A stretch of 64,000 bases of DNA from Octopus vulgaris. Lineage: Eukaryota. Shown in pieces: positions 25,231 through 39,623 of the stretch (the first letter of the stretch is position 1; each line of letters opens with the position of its first letter). The notes beneath the pieces were generated by a model that had not been told where the DNA came from, made no database searches, and saw only the letters and a list, made by a program, of their open reading frames with translations. The stretch covers positions 125,922,001-125,986,000 of the forward strand of contig OX597814.1 of assembly GCA_951406725.2 (NCBI GenBank). The letters run 5' to 3'. Made by a program: the position numbers and the translations under genes.

Positions 25231-26017
25231 GGATAAAGTTTTTCTAATTTCATGCATATATCAGAATTAATTGATGATACAAAAAAATGGTGTACAGAAA
25301 TAATTGAAGTGTATCACTTATCAGATGTTAACTTTTTGTACACTGTGTGTAGGTGTGTGTTAGGAAAGTGGGTGTTGGGCTCTACCATTCATTGACACAA
25401 AAATATGCATTTCCAAAACCTGCATTTTCAAACCTGCTCACCTTCACCATCAGGATTTAAATCTACAGCAAGATATATAATTTGGGATCAAAAATCTAGA
25501 TTAGTTCCAATGTTCCTTAAACATTCAGTCTTTTATAACTTATGCCAAACACTAAAAACACTTGTGTCTGTCTTGTGAAGAATTCTCATATATTGAACTA
25601 AAACTAACATTTGTAGTCTACTATTGTCAAATATTAAACCTACATCTCAAATGGAAATTCTAGCAGGTTATCATATACACCCAGATGCCTTATACACTGA
25701 CATAAATAGTGCATACAGCCTGATGTTGTTGAAGTAATTGTCCTTGCCTTTACCAGCACCACTGCCACCACCACAGCATTCTGCAGTATCTCAGTTTGCA
25801 TACTAATTTTAATAATACTCTGGACACATTAGTTTACTCTTGTCTGCTGTATATTAATGACACCATATTGTAATTTCACCAGAAAATATTCTCATATTTT
25901 TCAATCATACATCATAGTCCCACTTCAACTGTTTAACAGCCTAACAGTTTGAAAGACCTACATTAGAGTTTAGATTGTAAAAATTTAACTATATATATAT
26001 AATTGTTTTATACATAC

Positions 26018-26061
<44 letters not shown>

Positions 26062-26157
26062 GTTTTATACATTCATATATATATAATTATTTTATACATA
26101 CACGAACTGTTTGATATATATATATATGTATTTAAATATATATATTTATACATTAAT

Positions 26158-26194
<37 letters not shown>

Positions 26195-27763
26195 TTGTTT
26201 TTTGTGTATATATATTTTTTTTTTTTTAAGAGATTCCAACATTTTGGAATTATTTTGAATAATACGAATGATTTATGAATAGTTTAATTTCTCTTTGTAT
26301 ACAGTCTAAAGGGGCTATCATCAGATGAAAATATAGTGATTTGGAACCAGTATTTCATAATTGCCAATTTCACTCTGTTATCAATTAATGACCTATACAC
26401 ATTTTGTATATCACTTTATATCCATTAAACTACTTGATGTAAAATTTAGACGACATTTCAACATTTTAAATATAATTGCACATAGAAACACACATATATA
26501 AGCATAAATACACTAATCAAGACACATATATACAAATACACATGTGCATACTTGCACATACATAAGCTTAACATTCATATACATATTTTCATATACAGAC
26601 ATAATCAAACATAAATATGCATATGCAAATACATATGTCACATACATATATACACTTGCATACATATACATAAACACATGAATACACTTTTACACACTAA
26701 TGCAGACATGCATATACACACATGCATTCATGCACATACACACCATCACACAGTTACATAAATACTCGCACAATCACGTACACATGTGCACACAACCTGT
26801 TCCTGTTTGTCAGTATGGCATTATTTATATGTTGAAATTGAGCTAAATTACTTTTATTGTTAAATCTAGGAGAATCAATGGACGTGTTGGCCTGAAGCAA
26901 ATAATATCAATTTAAATGAAACAGAACAGAAATATTCTTGTATCAATATGATTTATTTGTTTACTATCAACACCACAAGTAATATTCTTCCTTTCATTGT
27001 TCTTAACAATTCAATTTTCTATGGACATTCCCTTTATGTTGGAAGGTTGGCATTTTTCAGGGAGCTTTTTGAATCTTTTTTATCCAATTTTCCCCTTTGT
27101 TCATTTAGCTTTCATATTTATATTTCAAATTTTAATTTAGAAATTTAATGAAACAACCATAAAAAGTGAAGATACAAAACTGTTGGCTTCAGTATGCTTC
27201 TTTTTTTTTTCTATTTCTATTTTTATTTCCATATATATTTTAGATGGGGGAGAAGTTTCTATTGATATACTTTAGTTAAAATTATTTTCCTCAATATAGT
27301 GTAATAAACTAAAAGTCTGTGAGTCAGCTGAACACAGCTATGCTTCCTTCTCTTTAATGTTATTTACTCAAGGACTGTTTTCTTTGATTGCAACACTGCA
27401 GTTGCACCTGCATTTCTTGTGGCATCATTTAACTATAGATAGTTTTATGTTTTTCATAATTTCAACAGTTTCTGCCGTTCATTCAGGCCGTCAGCTCTAA
27501 TAAATGAAACTGTTAATTAATACTTTATTATTATCTTTCAATGAAAGCACTTGTTGAAGAGGATGAAATTTAGAACACAACTGCTGGGTTGTGTTTTGTT
27601 GTGAACTGTTGAGTAGTATAGTGGGAGGTATTGATGATGTATTGGCAGATAGAGATAGATGATTGAAAGATAGGCAGGTAGTTGGATACGAAGCAGATAG
27701 ATAGATATATGGATATATGCACATATACATATATAATGTTTCTATTTTTCTCTCTTACTATCC

Positions 27764-27804
<41 letters not shown>

Positions 27805-29869
27805 ATATATATATACATACACACACGTGTATATATGCACACATATTCTTTATGTACTTATGTGTATGCATATATGTATGTGTGTGTGCATGTTCTATAT
27901 TCATGTGTGCGTGTGTGTATGTATATATATATATATAATATATACACGCACACTTGTGCACACACATGATGTGCATATGAGAGAGAGAGAGAGAGAGATA
28001 TTCTAAAGTAGAGAATAAAATCACATCTCAATAAATAATGTATGTAGAGTGTATATTCTTCTTTTATTAAAGAATTATGACCTTACAGTAGCACAACTGT
28101 TTTAATACATGGTTGTATCTTGTCGAAGGTCGCATTATATATATATATATATATATATACACGCTCATACACACCCACACACATATATTGAGAGACAATG
28201 AGAGAGAGAAAGAGGTTTATTGAGATAGATTGATAGGTAGGCAGACAATGAGTAAGGGCGGGAAGGGGATGTGAGTGAATGAGTGAGAGAGAGAGAGAGG
28301 AAAGAGAGAGAATCAGCCTTGTGAGCACTGTTGCAGAACTAGTCTTTTTGTTTACATTCTACAATACATGTTATTTTGTACACAAACACACCTCCCCACC
28401 ACTTCTTTGTGTTCCTCTGCAGTTCAGTAAATGCCTCTGTGAGGTTGATATGAACGAAATTTAATTGAATTGGTTTCAAAATAGAATTTACTGCTATATA
28501 AATATAGAAATCAATCAAAACGTTGTTTCTACCATTTCTTAGATCGTTTTGTTTTTGTCTGTTTGTCTAAGTTTTTTTCTTTGTTGTTTCATTTGTTTTT
28601 GTTGTTGCTTGTTTTGTTATTGTTTTTTCATTTTTTCAATAAATGCTTTACAAATTTGAGGTGATATTGAAATATTTCAGTTTTGGTTGATTTATACCAT
28701 GTGCTTTTATCAAGTTACAGTATAGATTAAAACCCAACAGGTCTCATTCATTGGCTCAGAGATGTAAGAACATTCTGATGAAAACGCCAAAATGAAAAGA
28801 GTGGTGGTTAGTGGCAGAGGTGGTTGTGTGTTTGTCAGGATATATAAGCTGTATTTGAAAATGTGGTTGATCTCACTGGTCAAATGACTTATGTAGAACT
28901 ATTTCAAGTTATGGATGGATGCATGCTGGTTTAAATACACTTGGTGTTTTCTATAAAGCCGGAGAAAAATGAAATTAAAGTCAGTGAAAAATTTACTTTT
29001 CAACTAGCTGTGTGGTTGAGAAGTTTACTTCACAGTCATACAGTACTGGGTTCGATCCTATGAGTAGTGTGACAGCTTGAATAAGTTTTTTTCTTTTTCT
29101 GGCATATCTTCAGATCAACAATATCTTATTTGTTGAATTTAGTTGGCGGAAACTGTGGAATACTGTCATTTGTGTATGTGTATGTGCGTGTGTGTGTGTG
29201 TATGTATGTATGTATATTTATAGATAGGTAGATAGATAGATATAAACACACACACACATACACACACATATATATATACATAAATTTGTACACATATATG
29301 TACGTGTGTGTGTGTGTGTATATGTGTGTGTCTTTTGTCAATGTATATTTGTAAAACATATAAAACATATCTGAAGAAAAAGGGAAACTGGTTTTTCTTG
29401 AATTAAGGCCTTTATGATATTTGTTTTGCACTGAATTACACATTTTCTTGTCACTCTCATAATCAAAAATGGGGTAAATGAGGGACCTGTGCATTGTTGT
29501 ACACAATAATGCAGTTCTACACTTATCTGATGAAAAACAAAAGATAATAAATAACAAGGAATATTGTTAGTGCTTAGTTGTTGCTGTTTAGTTCTAGATC
29601 AGGTGAAGGGACCTGTGATGCAGCTGTGATTACCTTGACATTCTTGTTTTCAGGACTACATTATATACTGTCTCCTTCCTTTTTATGATGGTAGGGTGTG
29701 ATCTGAAGGAGATTTAGTTGCTATTTCTGGCAAGGTTGACAGCCACATAGAGCCTCTCTCATTGGCTTGTGTTAGTGCTTATTGCTGCAACTAGTAATAT
29801 CTTATTGCTCCCTTCTCTCCCTCTGTCGCTTTAAAAATCTTCATCCTCATTTTCTTCACCTCTTTGCAT

Positions 29870-30420
29870 TTTGTTGTGAAACAGGGACATGATTGTAGAG
29901 GTTTATATGTGGTATGTGCGTGTATGATGGCATGAGGTAGTGAAACATAATGCAGTGAATGTTGAGGACTATAGCTGCTGGTATGTGTAAACTGTGTGTT
30001 GATGAGTAGGTGCGGCACAAGGACAATGAATGAAGACAGGACTCTATTTAGTGCACGTTAGATCTGCGATGGTGTATAGGAACAGAATGTGCAGTGAATA
30101 TGTCCAAGATCTGTGATGATGCATTGAAGTAAAACATGAACAGTGAATGTAGAGAACTATGTATGGGTATGCATAGGATCTGTGATGGACATTCATTGTA
30201 AAGGACAACATAAAGTGTTTTTATGATGTGTTATGGTGTAGAGATGAAATAGGTACAGTGAATGGAGAGAACAGTATAAGATGTGTCATGATGTACAACA
30301 GTGAAATATAGGAAACGAGTTTAGAGGACTGTAAATGATATAAGACATGTGATGTTGTATGGCAGTTAAATTAAAGGGTGTATAAGGTGTGCATACAATG
30401 TATGATAATTTTTATTAGTG
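29870..30420. repeat. Highly diverged ~50-70-bp tandem array
   Basis: Recurrent CAGTGAAT, GATCTGTGATG and GAGGACT/GAGAACT motifs. Confidence 0.55.
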
Positions 30421-31347
30421 AATATAAAGGAATATATGAGGTGTGTGTATGGCACATGATATAAAGTAGTGTAACATGAAGCCATGAATGTAAATTGTTA
30501 TATGAGGTACGTGTAAGATGCGTGAAGCATATGTATTGAAAGTAGATGATCTGCTTTGATTGGAGATGAAATATTTTAAGCATGGTCTATCAAATGTATA
30601 ATGCTAACTTATGAGAAATGCTCAACAGAAATATGCATCAAAGATATTATAAATATGTAATCTGGATGAATGATATTATATTACATGAAAAGGTGTTATG
30701 AATTAGTAGTGGAAAGTATCTATGATGGATACAGACCAAGGAGGTTTTGAGATAATATATTGTATGAAGGTCAGATTTGAGAATATTGGGTTTCATGCAA
30801 GAGATGACACAAAATTGAGGCACGAGGAAAGATGTTATACAATAACAAGCCCATTCAACTGATGCCAGTACAGACACATGGCAATAAAAAGACGAATAAT
30901 TTCAATGATTATATATATATAATTTTATGTAAGAAAGTTTTGTTTAAAGACAAAGTTTGAAAGTATATTTGCAAGAGATTTTTCAATCCAAGATATTTCT
31001 TTAACTTAGTCTTACAAGTTAGAAAGAGAATGTCTTCTTTCTTTCTATGTTTCAAACCAAAATTATTATTCTTGTCATTAATAAATCAATGACATACATA
31101 CAGCTTAGGAAATATAATAAAGTAGTTTTAGTGTAATTTATTTAAATTTGCTTTATTCTGTATCCATACTGGCATGTGTTTTTGATTTATATATACAGTG
31201 TTGTTGATTCTCGAATAATCTAATTGTTATGTCTTTTGAAATGATTTGATTTTTAAGTTTTATTTATTCCACAATAGCTTTATATTCTAGTGTATATTTT
31301 ATGTTATTGCATATTGCAATAGAAAATTCACTTTAAACTGCTATTCT

Positions 31348-31388
<41 letters not shown>

Positions 31389-31771
31389 CTCTTTAGTCTA
31401 ACAGCACACACATACAATTATGTATGTGTGTGGGTATGTAAATGTATGTACAATATATATTATTACTAGATATGCATAACTCACAAAAAAGTATATCTTA
31501 ATTCATCTAAATGAGGCATTTATTCACTGGCAGTGCGCTACAGTAAATTAAAAATTAGTTGCAGATATAACCAATGTCTATGTAAAATAAATGGAAAGAA
31601 TGAATCTTGAATATTTCCCTATAAATGCTATATGTGTATATTTACTTCATTTTAACCTCCTGAACAGTTAAATGTTTCTATGACTTGAAATTATTTATGT
31701 GGTAATGAGATGTGTGTAAACATCACAAAATAGATCTTAAAGCATTTATTCATTTAGAGTGATATAAAGAT

Positions 31772-31808
<37 letters not shown>

Positions 31809-31814
31809 GACACG

Positions 31815-32050
31815 ACCAGTTTCTTTTTGTTCACTCATAAGACTTTAGTTGGCCCACACAGCTGTAGTAGAAGACATTTGCCCAAGCTGCTATTCTATGG
31901 AAATGAATCTGATAAATGGGCTTCTTTTAGTTTCCATCTACCAAATTCACTTAGAGGGCTATCGTAGAAGACCTTTGCTCAAGGTACTGTTTTGTGGGAG
32001 TGACATCAAAACCATAGTTGGGAAGCAAACGTCTTAATCACATAGCCATA
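31815..32050 (-). mobile_element. Two partial SINE family A heads
   Basis: The AGTTTC...CACT...GTAGAAGAC..TTGC segment occurs twice. Confidence 0.6.
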
Positions 32051-33945
32051 ACTGCAGACATTGCTTCATGGTCAACACACACACACACATGCACACAAAC
32101 ACACCCACACACACACATACACGTATATGCATAATCTCCCCAACCACTCTTGCTTCTATTTACTATTGTACTGCTCTGCCAGTGTTTCTGAAAATTGTAA
32201 TTTAGGCCCAAGGCAGATAATTTTGAGAGGATAGGCTTAGTCAATACCACTGACACAACTACTTGACTTTATCGACCTTGGTGGGATGAAAGTCAAAGTT
32301 GCCATCAGCAATTGGTATTCTCTGAATGTAATGTACTGGTTGAAATAACCACAACCAATTTTTTTTCTTTCGTTTTTGGTGTTCTAACAATTTTGGGCAA
32401 CATCCAATACACTCCACAATCACCCTTTCTGCTCTAGCAGTCATCACTCCTCTTTCTTAAGCCACTTGGTTTTACATCCACCACTCAATGTTACTACTGT
32501 CCATCTCTATTACTATGCCTCACTCTCTCTGTCATTACTCTCTCTTCTCTTCATCTTGCTGGACATGTTACTAGTCTTACAGAATGGATGCAAGACAACT
32601 TCATTAGTAACAGTAACATAATAACGTTGCACCCAGTTCTTTCTGTAAAATGATGATGAATGAGCAGGGACAATATAAGATTGTGACACCTTTGTTTTGT
32701 CATGAAAATGACAATCTCTCTGATGCTGGTGCCATAATCAAATGCAGCCATTATTCTCTGCAAAGTGGTTGATAATAGGTAGGGAATCCAGCTGCAGAAA
32801 CTGAGTTGGAAAGGAAGCGTATGAACAAAACACAATCCTCCTACTCATCTAGGAAAGCATCGCTTCCAAATAAGAGCTGACTCAGACTGTGAAAACTTGT
32901 ACAAGCCATTCCAGCATCGAAAGTGGAGCATGAAAAGATGATAATGATGATGAATGTTATTCATGTTATGCTATATACACATAAGCTATTATGTAATGTA
33001 TATTTCATATTGTATATTTTGCATTATTTTGATAGTGTATATGTTTTCTTTTTATCATTAAAAATTTATACTTCAGTTTACCTTGCTGAAAAGGGTGTTA
33101 TGTATTAATGAAAAAAAAAACCAAATCTATGACAGATGTAGTTAGAATAAGGAAGTCTTAGGATATTGTAATTGTAACATAAGGGTAGGGAATATTGCAT
33201 AGATGCAAAAAAAAGAAAGAAAAGAAATGAAAATGTGAAGTGGTTGTTGTGGTAGTGGTGACGACTGATTGTGATGAGGATAAGGATAAGGATGACTATG
33301 ATGAGGAGGAGGATGCTAACAGCAGTCATAGTGATGATGATAATATAGATAGTGGTGGAGGTGGTGGTGGTGGTGGTGGTGGTAATGATAAATGTTAAAC
33401 TAAAAAATTTACGTTTTAACATTCAGGAAGAATGTGACACTTAGATAAAATGTCTTGCATTTGGAAGTTGGCCTTAATGAATTAGCAGAATGTTGTATGT
33501 CATTTTGGTTTTATAGTTTACCAGTTAAGTGGGTTTAACTTCCACATCCTTTTACAAACCAAAGCATCTCCTGGTTAAGCCAACCTGACATTTTCATTGG
33601 AGTACCATCTTTTATAAATCACAGTTGTGTCACTGAACTTAATATTCACTAAAATAATGTTTAAACTCACCAACTTCACACTAAATCTACTATTAATCAC
33701 TGTTGCATCAGCTTTTTAATTAATTAATAAAAATTTTAGGATTTTGATTGCTGAAAGATTTCTCATCACTTACACTGTTTTTTTTCTTCTGTTATTACTG
33801 TTCTACCACCTTTGTCTTTGTATCTGTTTGAATTAAGTTGGTCTAGAACATAAAATAAAAGATGGGAAGTAATTTTGAACTGGAGGCAATTAGTAAACCT
33901 ATTAATTACTAGTTTCCTAATTTTTAAAGATTGCTATCATCTTAA

Positions 33946-34103
33946 TTTCTTCTTCTTCTTCTTCTTCTCCTTCTTTTCCTTCTTCTTTTCCTTCTTCTTC
34001 TTCTTTTCCTTCTTCTTCTCCTCCTCCTCCTCCTCCTTCTTCTTCTTCTTCTTCTTCTTCTTCTTCTTCTTCTTCTTCTTCTTCTTCTTCTTCTTCTTCT
34101 TCT
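33946..34103. repeat. (CTT)n/(CCT)n polypyrimidine microsatellite
   Basis: Read directly; source of the poly-F and poly-R ORFs. Confidence 0.95.
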
Positions 34104-36342
34104 CATGATTATTATTATTATTGTTATTATTATTTGCAAAGCAAATATTCTGCTAGGCAAACCTCTGTATGCTTGTATGCTCAAGCATGTACTATCTTTG
34201 TATAAGTATACTTCTCTCATGTGAATGTGCTTGAGTGTGTGTGTGTGTGTGTGTGTGTATACACATGCATGCATATGTTTGTGCATGTGTGTATACTTAT
34301 ATTAGATATTCTTTACTGTATTTAGTTCTGTATTATTGTGGTCATTGTAGTTCAATAGAAATACATTTCATTAAACATTAGTGCCAATTTTTCCACAATA
34401 CTAAGAATCATAGACACAGTTGTCACCTAAATAATATGTATGTATATGTGTGTGTTTATGCACTTGGTGCAAAACAAGATGGAGAAAGTAGCACTCAAAT
34501 ACCAAAAGTATTGTAAAATATAGTGTTTTATTGAAGCTAGAAAACGTCATATACTGTTATTCAGCGTTTCACATAACTGATTATCAGGCAGAAGTGAACC
34601 TTTGGAACAATAAGACAGCTTATAGATATATACGTTTGTTTATAGATGCATGCGCACACACAAATGTACACATACACACGCACTACTTGGATTTATCCTC
34701 TCTAATCACCCTCTTATTCATTACATCTGTAATAAAGAATTCAGCCTGAATTTTTGGCTAATTCATATTTTGTTAATTATAAATTTTGATTTGCTAAAGA
34801 TCAGCTGTCTTAAATAATCAATAACAGATCAATTAATGCAGCAATTTGTGCCTCTAACTTCATTTATTAAACTCACTAACAAACCAAAGTCAGAAGTTGG
34901 GGTAGGTTCCTTTATGCAGGCACTTTTGTTAAATTTGGTAGCAAAATCTCTCTAAGACCACACCTTATTACCTTAAGAAAGAATAATATATTAGGTAATT
35001 ATAGTAAGCTAGGTGCTAATGTAATTAATTTACTGCACCAAAAAGAAAAAAAAAAAAGAAATTGGTCAAAATTATATCCATTGTGAAGAGAAATTCATTA
35101 TCTTAAACAATTCTAATCAAGAAAGGCAAGGGGGAAAACTCTCGAAATCAAATTAATTAAAATTATTCAAAATTCAAATGCAGTGAAAACCTAGTCTAAT
35201 CTTTAGCAAACATGTTTCTGTTTGATCAGACCTCATCAGTGGAGTATAGTCTATTCATTACTGCCATATCTTAGATGATTAGAAAGAATATATAAAAATT
35301 CAGTGAATGAACATTAAGAAGTATTAACTTTACAAAATGATCTGAGGAAAAAAACGTCCCAAAAGATGGAATGGTCATGGCTGGAACACCTTTGAGCATT
35401 CGTTGGTTGGCTAACAGTTGACCAAGGGCTAAGAAGCAACAACAACAATACTCAAAATATAACTCCACTTTTTCCACAACTCTGAAGTGTTTCCTTCTGG
35501 TAGACTTACAGTTTTCTTTTCAAAATGGCACAACAATATTGAGGTTGGCTTATGTTTTGGGAGATAGCCAATTTTGTTTTATTCCTTTAATATTTCCATC
35601 AATTACTAACCCTGATATTATTGGTAAGTTATGTTTATCAGAAATGTATTTTAAAAATTCTGCTCATCTGTCTGAGACTGTCTCTAAATCTCTCTTTCTT
35701 TTCTCTTCTACTTATGTTTGAAGATTTTGTTTTAGCTGATTATAGGTGAGCTGATAATATATATAAGAAAAGAAAAGCAACAACAGAAAAAAAAAGCAAC
35801 AACGAAAGAAGCAAACTTTTAGATGAGAGAGAAATATATCAAAAGTAAAATATGAAGTTTGCTCTCATTCTCAGTTTCTAACAGGTTATTTGAAGGTAAA
35901 TTACAATCCTTAGTGTCTACTAAGTTATTATATGAAACAGAAAACAAAGTGGAATCAGAAGAAATTTCTAGACATTAAAATGAGGGAAATTAGATTCTCA
36001 TGGTAATCTATTTAAGATCTGAAATCATATAGAATCTCTCTGTCATTTCGTTCACCTTTATCTCTCCTACAATTTTTTTCTTTGTGTGTGTGTGTGCGCG
36101 TGCGTACGTGCATGCATGCATGTGTGAGTGTGAGTGCATATGTGTGCGTGTGTTCATATGAGGTTTTCAAAAGGAGAATAGTTGAAAAAAAAAAATGAAT
36201 AGTTTGTTAGTGTGAGGTGAAGGTTCAATTATAATTACACTGCTAAAAGTCTATGAACTATACAACATTATTGAAGCTGAGAATTGGTGGAGGTTGTAGA
36301 ATGAAAAGAAGGTAAAAGAAAATATTGATTTACTGCGTTGAC

Positions 36343-36388
<46 letters not shown>

Positions 36389-36693
36389 TGGGGGAGATAA
36401 AGGTGTGTGTGTTGTAGTATGATTACTGATGAGAGAAGACTCTTAGAATGAATTTAATCACCATAAAACAATATATGGAAGAAGGGAGAATAGAAGTAAC
36501 TATTAAACATTTAACATTGAAAGGGAGGTGATAGTATAATGTTCTTTTATTTCAAATAGTTATAAAGGAAATATAGGATTTTATAGAAGGAACAAGAATG
36601 CTTCACTTGTAACTGGTTTCAATTTTAAAAGTCTGAATTAAATTTATGAAGTTTTTTTTATATAACTTGTTTTATGTGTGGATGGATACCATT

Positions 36694-36739
<46 letters not shown>

Positions 36740-36769
36740 CAGAGAGAGTTAGCATCTCTCATGTATTTA

Positions 36770-37010
36770 TATAATCATCTCAGTAATATATTTAAGATAT
36801 TATTACAGATCTATCCATATTTATCATCTCAGTTATATATTTAAGATGTAATCTTTGTAGTTTATCTATTTTATCATCACAGTTATATAAACATGTATCT
36901 GTAATCTCAGTTATAGATATAATCTCTGTGATATATCCATATGATTTCTATCATTGCATTCATTTAGATAACTTTATAATCTCAGTTATATAACGAAGAT
37001 AACATCTTAG
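36770..37010. repeat. Degenerate ~50-bp minisatellite (ATCATCTCAGTTATATA core)
   Basis: Core recurs 5 times and resumes at ~37450 after an RTE-tail insertion. Confidence 0.65.
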
Positions 37011-37019
37011 TTCATATGA

Positions 37020-37388
37020 ACACCCACCCCTATGTAATATGAGGTAACCATGTATCCTTTACAGCAGTTCAACACCTGGTGTAAAGCTACTTCCCCATCT
37101 CAAATACACCCCTCCACACATACACTTAATTGTGGGTGCATTTTCCATTTCCTTTCTCCCTGATCTTTTTAGTGTTGCAAGATACTTGGCACCTCACTAG
37201 TGCTGGTGGCATGCAAGGAGGTACCCAGTACACACTGTAAAATGGTTGACATTAGGAATAGCATCCCGCTATAGAAACCACGCCAAAACTAACACTGGAG
37301 CTCAGCACAGCCCTGTGGCTTACCAGATTCTGTCAAATCACCCTACCCATTCCAGCACAGAAAATGGATGTTAAATGATGGTGATGCT
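37020..37388 (+). mobile_element. RTE-related 3' UTR fragment
   Basis: Tail motif CATTAGGAATAGCATCCCGCTATAGAAACC...GGATGTTAAATGATGGTGATG. Confidence 0.65.
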
Positions 37389-37499
37389 TATATATGTGTT
37401 TGTGTGTGTGTGTGTGAGTGATTCGTTTTACTTGCATATTCAGACACCAGCTCAGTTATATATATAATCTCAGATTTATACTTAAGATATAATTATATC

Positions 37500-37552
<53 letters not shown>

Positions 37553-37649
37553 ATAAAAATATTATCTTGAATATCACTATTTATAATCCTCATAACATGT
37601 GTATTTTATGTATATGATATACACTTGTAACATATGGATATTATTTAGG

Positions 37650-37691
<42 letters not shown>

Positions 37692-37696
<5 letters not shown>

Positions 37697-38030
37697 TAAT
37701 CATCATCAATTTAACATCCATGTTCCAGGTTGGTATGGGTTGGACGGTTTGACAAGATCTAATGGGCACAAAGACTGCAAATTTGCTTCAGTGTCTGTTT
37801 TGCCATGGTTTCTGCTGCTGGACACTCTATCTGACACTAACCACTTTACAACATGTATTGAGTGTTTCATTCATTCCTTCAGTACTAGTGAGACTGGCGT
37901 GCAAGTTGCAAGCCCATAAACCTCAAGGTGGGTAACTTTATACTAGGAGACAAGGGGTAAAAGTATGGGAGAAGAGGCCAGAGTAGAACAGTTGTCTTGT
38001 CATAAGGAAGCTATATAACTACCCATACAT
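37692..38030 (-). mobile_element. RTE-related 3' UTR fragment
   Basis: (CAT)n...ATGGGTTGGACGGTTTGAC; opposite orientation to 37020-37388. Confidence 0.65.
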
Positions 38031-38093
38031 ATTCAAGTTATGAGTCATGATTAAATAATCAAGGTAGACAACAGAATTAAAAAAGTAAACTGG

Positions 38094-38124
<31 letters not shown>

Positions 38125-38949
38125 AAGAGAGAGAGAGAGAGAGATAAACATTCAGAAAAAAGAAGTTGAAAGGTTGTACATATGCATGTAAACAAACAAA
38201 CATTATTCTATGTAGAACATAGAAGGTACAGATATTTGTATTAAAAGAATTGTATTTACATACAAACACACACGCACGCACACACACACACATATTTTCA
38301 TTATTCCATTTTATACAGTCACATCAAATATGTCTTGTAAAAGTAGCTTAGTCTTTTGAGACAAACACGCACACATTGTAACATAGACTTGCATACTTTC
38401 AGTGGCAGTTTAATTTCTGCCTCATGAAAATTATATTTCTTGTATTATGACGCCAAACCCACAAACATGCAATTAATAGCATTACACTTAGTATATACAT
38501 TGATGTTCAAAGCAGCAGATATTGACTGTCTAGCATCAAAACATTCACTGAGAGATATACTCTGAATTCTATACATTAAATTAGCATTTGTATACTAAAT
38601 TGGAAAATATTTTACATTTTATAAATAATTGATATTTATTTATTTATTTTAGTCTGGGTAGGAACTGCTTACCTTGCCTACTCTAGCAGCATACATCGTC
38701 ACCATTGCCTTATCACCCACTTTTCCATGCTGGCATGGCTCAGAATTTGTTGAAGTAGATTTTTTGCAGCAGGATGCCCTTCCTGTTGTCAACCCACACC
38801 TGTTTTCTAAGCAAGGAAATATTTTCTCATGATTGTATGTTCTCAAAGATGAGTGTAAATGTACAACACTGCTTGCATGATGTTGATGTTTATCTACTGT
38901 TATTGCATGATGCCAAAACAAGGAAAGTCATGCACACACACACACACAA

Positions 38950-39095
38950 CCAGTTTCTTTCAGTTTTGTCTTACAAATTCACTTACAATACCTTTTGCCA
39001 ATCTAGGATTGTAAAAGAAAACACTTGTCCAAGGTGCCATATAGTGGGACTGAACCAGAAAGTAGGAAGCAAACTTCTTAATCACACAGCCATGC
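38950..39095 (-). mobile_element. SINE family A head
   Basis: TTTCTTTCAGTTT...ACACTTGTCCAAGGTGCCA...CACACAGCCA. Confidence 0.7.
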
Positions 39096-39110
39096 CGATA
39101 TACATACATG

Positions 39111-39148
<38 letters not shown>

Positions 39149-39288
39149 AATAGAAAAATGAAATATCTTTTTATGGATAATTTGTTTAACCGATACCTGG
39201 GTAGCAAATTCACATCAGAAATAATACGGTTGAAGTTACGTGCCTAGGGCAGAGACTACGTGTTCTTGTGTGGAAATTTGTGTGTATT

Positions 39289-39577
39289 TTTATAAAATTT
39301 ATGAATAAATGAAAGAATGGAGTTGAATGGCAAATTAACAAATTTCCTTTATTTTCGACATATGTTTCGCTATGCGCTCCGTGAGAGCAGTCATCTAAAA
39401 GTTTTTGTGAATCTGGATGTTGACATACATTCCTTGTTTTTCCTGATGAGAAAGCGGCATAATGTACTCCTTATTCCTTCACAATTAGGAATATGCAGCC
39501 TTCAAAACATATGTCGAAAATAAAGGAAATTTGTTAATTTGCCGTTCAACTCCATTCTTTCATTTATTCATAAATTT

Positions 39578-39583
<6 letters not shown>
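39289..39583. mobile_element. Inverted-repeat element with opposed hammerhead motifs (Penelope/retrozyme-like)
   Basis: ~80-bp near-perfect arms (39289-39369 vs 39503-39583), each containing (G/A)AAAC-ATAT-GTC; the spacer holds the 5' halves of the cores. Confidence 0.75.
39430..39528 (+). ncRNA. Type I hammerhead ribozyme motif with G12A lesion
   Basis: Stem I CCTTGTTTTTC/GAAAATAAAGG; CTGATGA at 39443-39449; stem II GAAAGCGGCATA/TATGCAGCCTTC with inner hairpin TATTCCT/AGGAATA; AAAAC-ATAT-GTC at 39504-39515. Confidence 0.7.
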
Positions 39584-39617
<34 letters not shown>

Positions 39618-39623
39618 TATGTA

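Noticed and set aside
26315-26356. CAGATGA-AAAT..ATTT-GGAAC-CAGTA hammerhead-like string
   Set aside because: Two core mismatches and no stem I; indistinguishable from chance.
33875-34286. Poly-Phe / poly-Arg (protamine-like) ORFs
   Set aside because: Translations of a (CTT)n microsatellite.
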